A DNA stretch of 63,468 nucleotides, the filler included, from Octopus bimaculoides (lineage: Eukaryota): the NCBI RefSeq assembly GCF_001194135.2. It is 6 parts of 6 records of this genome, joined end to end, with 100 filler letters (N's around TTAATTAATTAA, not from the genome) between each part and the next. Parts side by side here need not be neighbours in the genome. Positions count along the whole stretch, not along the records: positions 61,478 to 63,468 come from NW_026346075.1; 5 more parts are not named here. One strand, written 5' to 3'. Below, in pieces: positions 61,994 to 63,468 of this stretch. Below the pieces are notes generated by a model. The model saw nothing but the letters and a program-made list of their open reading frames with translations, made no database searches and was not told the origin of the DNA. Position numbers and translations under genes: made by a program. Positions within the stretch are counted from its first letter, which is position 1. Each line of letters starts with the position of its first letter.

Positions 61994-63092
61994 NNNNNNN
62001 NNNNNNNNNNNNNNNNNNNNNNNNNNNNNNNNNNNNNNNNNNNNNNNNNNNNNNNNNNNNNNNNNNNNNNNNNNNNNNNNNNNNNNNNNNNNNNNNNNNN
62101 NNNNNNNNNNNNNNNNNNNNNNNNNNNNNNNNNNNNNNNNNNNNNNNNNNNNNNNNNNNNNNNNNNNNNNNNNNNNNNNNNNNNNNNNNNNNNNNNNNNN
62201 NNNNNNNNNNNNNNNNNNNNNNNNNNNNNNNNNNNNNNNNNNNNNNNNNNNNNNNNNNNNNNNNNNNNNNNNNNNNNNNNNNNNNNNNNNNNNNNNNNNN
62301 NNNNNNNNNNNNNNNNNNNNNNNNNNNNNNNNNNNNNNNNNNNNNNNNNNNNNNNNNNNNNNNNNNNNNNNNNNNNNNNNNNNNNNNNNNNNNNNNNNNN
62401 NNNNNNNNNNNNNNNNNNNNNNNNNNNNNNNNNNNNNNNNNNNNNNNNNNNNNNNNNNNNNNNNNNNNNNNNNNNNNNNNNNNNNNNNNNNNNNNNNNNN
62501 NNNNNNNNNNNNNNNNNNNNNNNNNNNNNNNNNNNNNNNNNNNNNNNNNNNNNNNNNNNNNNNNNNNNNNNNNNNNNNNNNNNNNNNNNNNNNNNNNNNN
62601 NNNNNNNNNNNNNNNNNNNNNNNNNNNNNNNNNNNNNNNNNNNNNNNNNNNNNNNNNNNNNNNNNNNNNNNNNNNNNNNNNNNNNNNNNNNNNNNNNNNN
62701 NNNNNNNNNNNNNNNNNNNNNNNNNNNNNNNNNNNNNNNNNNNNNNNNNNNNNNNNNNNNNNNNNNNNNNNNNNNNNNNNNNNNNNNNNNNNNNNNNNNN
62801 NNNNNNNNNNNNNNNNNNNNNNNNNNNNNNNNNNNNNNNNNNNNNNNNNNNNNNNNNNNNNNNNNNNNNNNNNNNNNNNNNNNNNNNNNNNNNNNNNNNN
62901 NNNNNNNNNNNNNNAAATAAAGAAAGAAGATTGTTCGGTTTTATTCCTTAAGAAAATCCTAAATGTTTAAAATTACTCGGAACCAATTGGGATGGGTATG
63001 AATTTGAGCCAGCGAAAACGCTTCAAAAAAAAAAAGAAAAAAAGAATACATATAAAAAAACAGCAAAAACCATAAAATAAAAACATAGGCAA

Positions 63093-63094
63093 GA

Positions 63095-63172
<78 letters not shown>
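63093..63172. repeat. (AAT)n microsatellite
   Basis: Direct inspection. Confidence 0.98.
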
Positions 63173-63173
<1 letters not shown>

Positions 63174-63468
63174 CTAAAAACATTAAACAAATAAAGCGAA
63201 TTGAAAGCATCAACCTGGCTTGTGATCTTCGTATATTATTTGAATCTACGATCAGCGTGAATGTGTGACATTTTGCCCAACTATCAGGTCAGCGTTTCCA
63301 TTCGATTTAGATGCCAAGAAATAGTTGCGATTTTTCAGACCAAAGTGAAATAGCTGCCTTGATCACACGTCACCCTAAGGATCCCTAAAATATGTCAGCT
63401 TCCGCCTCCGCGCTTCTTCCCTCCCCAAACATATACACCCACTTCATACACACATATAATACATATAC

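Overview
A 63.5-kb AT-rich, gap-ridden piece of a large animal genome. The SINE families, microsatellite load and retroelement remnants look like octopus/coleoid DNA; this is inferred from remembered repeat sequences, not from a search. No complete or nameable protein-coding gene can be read from it, and almost every listed ORF is a microsatellite or N-gap artefact. What is supportable: (1) many copies of several tRNA-headed SINE families and RTE 3' tails. (2) Decayed fragments of Tc1/mariner-superfamily transposons and MITEs, Penelope-like elements (RT and GIY-YIG), R4/Dong-clade LINEs and RTE LINEs. (3) Scattered short splice-signal-flanked candidate exons on both strands, all unverified. 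(4) Several self-complementary structures. The most interesting signal is a set of minimal hammerhead-ribozyme-like motifs in retro-element tails. The best case is a ~520-bp palindrome (49781-50298) made of two tRNA-headed SINE units fused head to head, each carrying complementary remnants of a dimer-type hammerhead. A second repeat family (23074-23260, 39900-40075) carries a CCGA-core hammerhead variant. Repeat boundaries are approximate (about 10-20 nt) unless a TSD or TIR is quoted.
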